Shown here: piece after piece, positions 61,757-64,000 of the stretch | How the letters are laid out: each line of letters opens with the position of its first letter | Numbering within the stretch: position 1 is the first letter of the stretch | NCBI GenBank assembly: GCA_030390025.1 | Contig: CM059432.1 | Location: forward strand, 86,244,001-86,308,000 | Length of the DNA: 64,000 bases | Origin: Squalus acanthias | Taxonomy: Eukaryota | Direction of reading: 5' to 3' | The notes under the pieces: model-generated | Database searches by the model: none | What the model saw: only the letters and a program-made list of their open reading frames with translations | Told to the model about the DNA's origin: nothing | Translations under genes and position numbers: made by a program

Positions 61757-64000
61757 AATCATAGAATGGTTACAGCACAGAAGGAGGCCATTCAGCCAGT
61801 CGAGCCCGTGCTGGCTCTCTGCAAGTCCCACTCCCCCGCCCTTTTCCTGTAGCCCTGCAAATGTTTTTCATTTAGGTATTTATCTAATTCCCTTTTGAAA
61901 GCAACTATTGAATCTGCCTCCACCGCCCTTTCAGGCAGTGCATTCCAGATCATAACTACTCGCTGCGTAAAAAAGTTTTTCGTCATGTCGCCTTTGGTTC
62001 TTCTGCCAATCACCTTAAATTTGTGTCATAGAAACATAGAAAAATAGAAAATAGGAGCAGGAGTAGGCCATTCGGCCCTTCGAGCCTGCTCCGCCATTCA
62101 ATATGATCATGGCTGATCCTCTATCGCAATACCATATTCCCGCTCTCTCCCCATACCCCTTGATGCCTTTTGTGTCTAGAAATCTATCTATCTCCTTCTT
62201 AAATATATTCAGTGACTTGGCCTCCACAGCCTTCCGTGGTAGAGAATTCTACAGGTTCACCACCCTCTGAGTGAAGAAATTTCTCATCTCAGTCCTAAAT
62301 GTCCTACCCCTTATCCTGAGACTGTGACCCCTCGTTCTAGACCCCCCCAGCCAGGGGAAACATCCTCCCTGCATCCAGTCTGTCTAGCCCTGTCAGAATT
62401 TTATATGTTTCAATGAGATCCCCTCTCATTCTTCTAAACTCTAGTGAATACAGGCCTAGTCGACACAATCTCTCCTCATACGACAGTCCTGCCATCCCAG
62501 GAATCAGTCTGGTGAAACTTCGCTGCACTCCCTCTATGGCAAGTATATCCTTTCTTAGGTAAGGAGACCAAAACTGTATACAGTACTCCAGGTGTGGTCT
62601 CACCAAGGCCCTGTATAACTGTAGTAAGACATCCTTGCTCCTGTACTCAAATCCTCTTGCAATGAAGGCCAACATACCATTTGCCTTCCTAACTGCTTGC
62701 TGCACCTGCATGTTTGCTTTCAGTGACTGGTGTACAAGGACACCCAGGTCCCTTTGTACATCAACATTTCCCAATCTATCACCATTTAAATAATACTCTA
62801 CCTTTCTGTTTTTCCTACCGAAGTGGATAACTTCACAATTATCCACGTTATACTGCATCAGCCATGTATTTGCCACTCACTCAACTTGTCTAAATCGCCT
62901 TTTTGCATCCTCCTCCCAACTCACAATCCCACCTAGTTTCGTGTCGTCAGCAAACTTGGAAATATTACATTTGGTTCCCTCATCCAAATCATTGATATAT
63001 ATTGTGAATAGCTGGGGCCCAAGCACTGATCCCTGCGGTACCCCACTAGTCAATGCCTGCCACCCCGAAAAAGACCCGTTTATTCCTACTCTCTCTTTCC
63101 TGTCAGTTAACAAATTTTCAATTCATGCCAGTATATTACCCCCAATCCCATGTGCTTTAATTTTGCACACTAACCTCTTATGTGGGACTTTATCAAAGGC
63201 CTTCTGAAAATCCAAATACACCACATCCACTGGTTCTCCCTTATCTATTCTACCAGTTACAGACTCAAAAAACTCCAGTAGGTTTGTCAAACACGATTTC
63301 CCTTTCATAAATCCATGTTGACTTTGTCTAATCCCGTTAATATTTTCTAAGTGTCCTGTTATCACATCCTTTATAATAGACTCGAGCATTTTCCCTACTA
63401 CTGATGTTAGGCTAACCGGTCTGTAGTTCCGTGTTTTCTCTCTCCCTCCTTTTTTAATTAGTGGGGTTACATTTGCCACCCTCCAATCTGCAGGAACTGT
63501 TCCATAATCTATAGAATTTTGGAAGATGATAACCAATGCATCCACTATTTCCATGGCTACCTCTTTTAGTACTCTGGGATGCAGATTATCAGGCCCTGGG
63601 GATTTATCAGCTTTCAGTCCCATTAATTTCTCCAGCACTATTTTTTTAATAATACTAATTTCCTTTAATTCCTCCTTCTCACTAGACCCTTGGTTCCCTA
63701 GCATTTCTGGGAAGTGATTTGTGTCCTCTTCTGTGAAGACAGAACCAAAGTATTTGTTTAATTGCTCTGCCATTTCCTTGTTCCCCGTTATAAATTCTCC
63801 TGTTTCTGACTGTAAGGGACCTACATTTGTCTTCACTAATCTTTTTCGTTTTACATACTTAATCTTTTTCTTTTTACATACTTGTCCTCTGGTTCTCGAC
63901 CCATCTGCCAATGGGAACAGTTTCTCTCTATCTACTCTATCTAGGCCCGTCATGATTTTGAACACCTCTATCAAATCTCCTCTCAACCTTCTCTGCTCTA
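61757..64000 (-). mobile_element. Nested CR1s: host 61757-62027 and 63883-64000, inserted copy 62028-63882
   Basis: Two tails; full RT motif set in the insert; host resumes at TGTCCTCTGG. Confidence 0.92.

Overview
Eukaryotic, repeat-dense vertebrate DNA, very likely from an elasmobranch (shark or ray), judging by an HE1-type V-SINE and abundant CR1/HER1-like LINEs. No prokaryotic features are present. Most of the window is nested transposable elements: many CR1 LINEs (one near full length, with ORF1 esterase and APE), L2-like LINEs, a Vingi/Ingi-like LINE, tRNA-derived SINEs, two ~1.5-1.6 kb solo LTRs with 4-bp TSDs, and a Penelope-type terminus with a hammerhead core. There is also an unusually rich set of at least 10 PIF/Harbinger elements. 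One Harbinger (17175-21367) looks fully intact: 12-bp TIRs, a 3-bp TSD, a 383-aa DDE transposase and a convergent 3-exon, 459-aa Myb/SANT-like gene. Related MITEs have inserted independently at the same base of two CR1 copies, which points to target-site selectivity. A CpG-island promoter with a first exon (~29.7-30.3 kb) and a few isolated exon candidates indicate one or more host genes that I could not identify. A non-repeat-like degraded coding segment (27.5-29.0 kb) may be an endogenous viral fragment, but this is unconfirmed.
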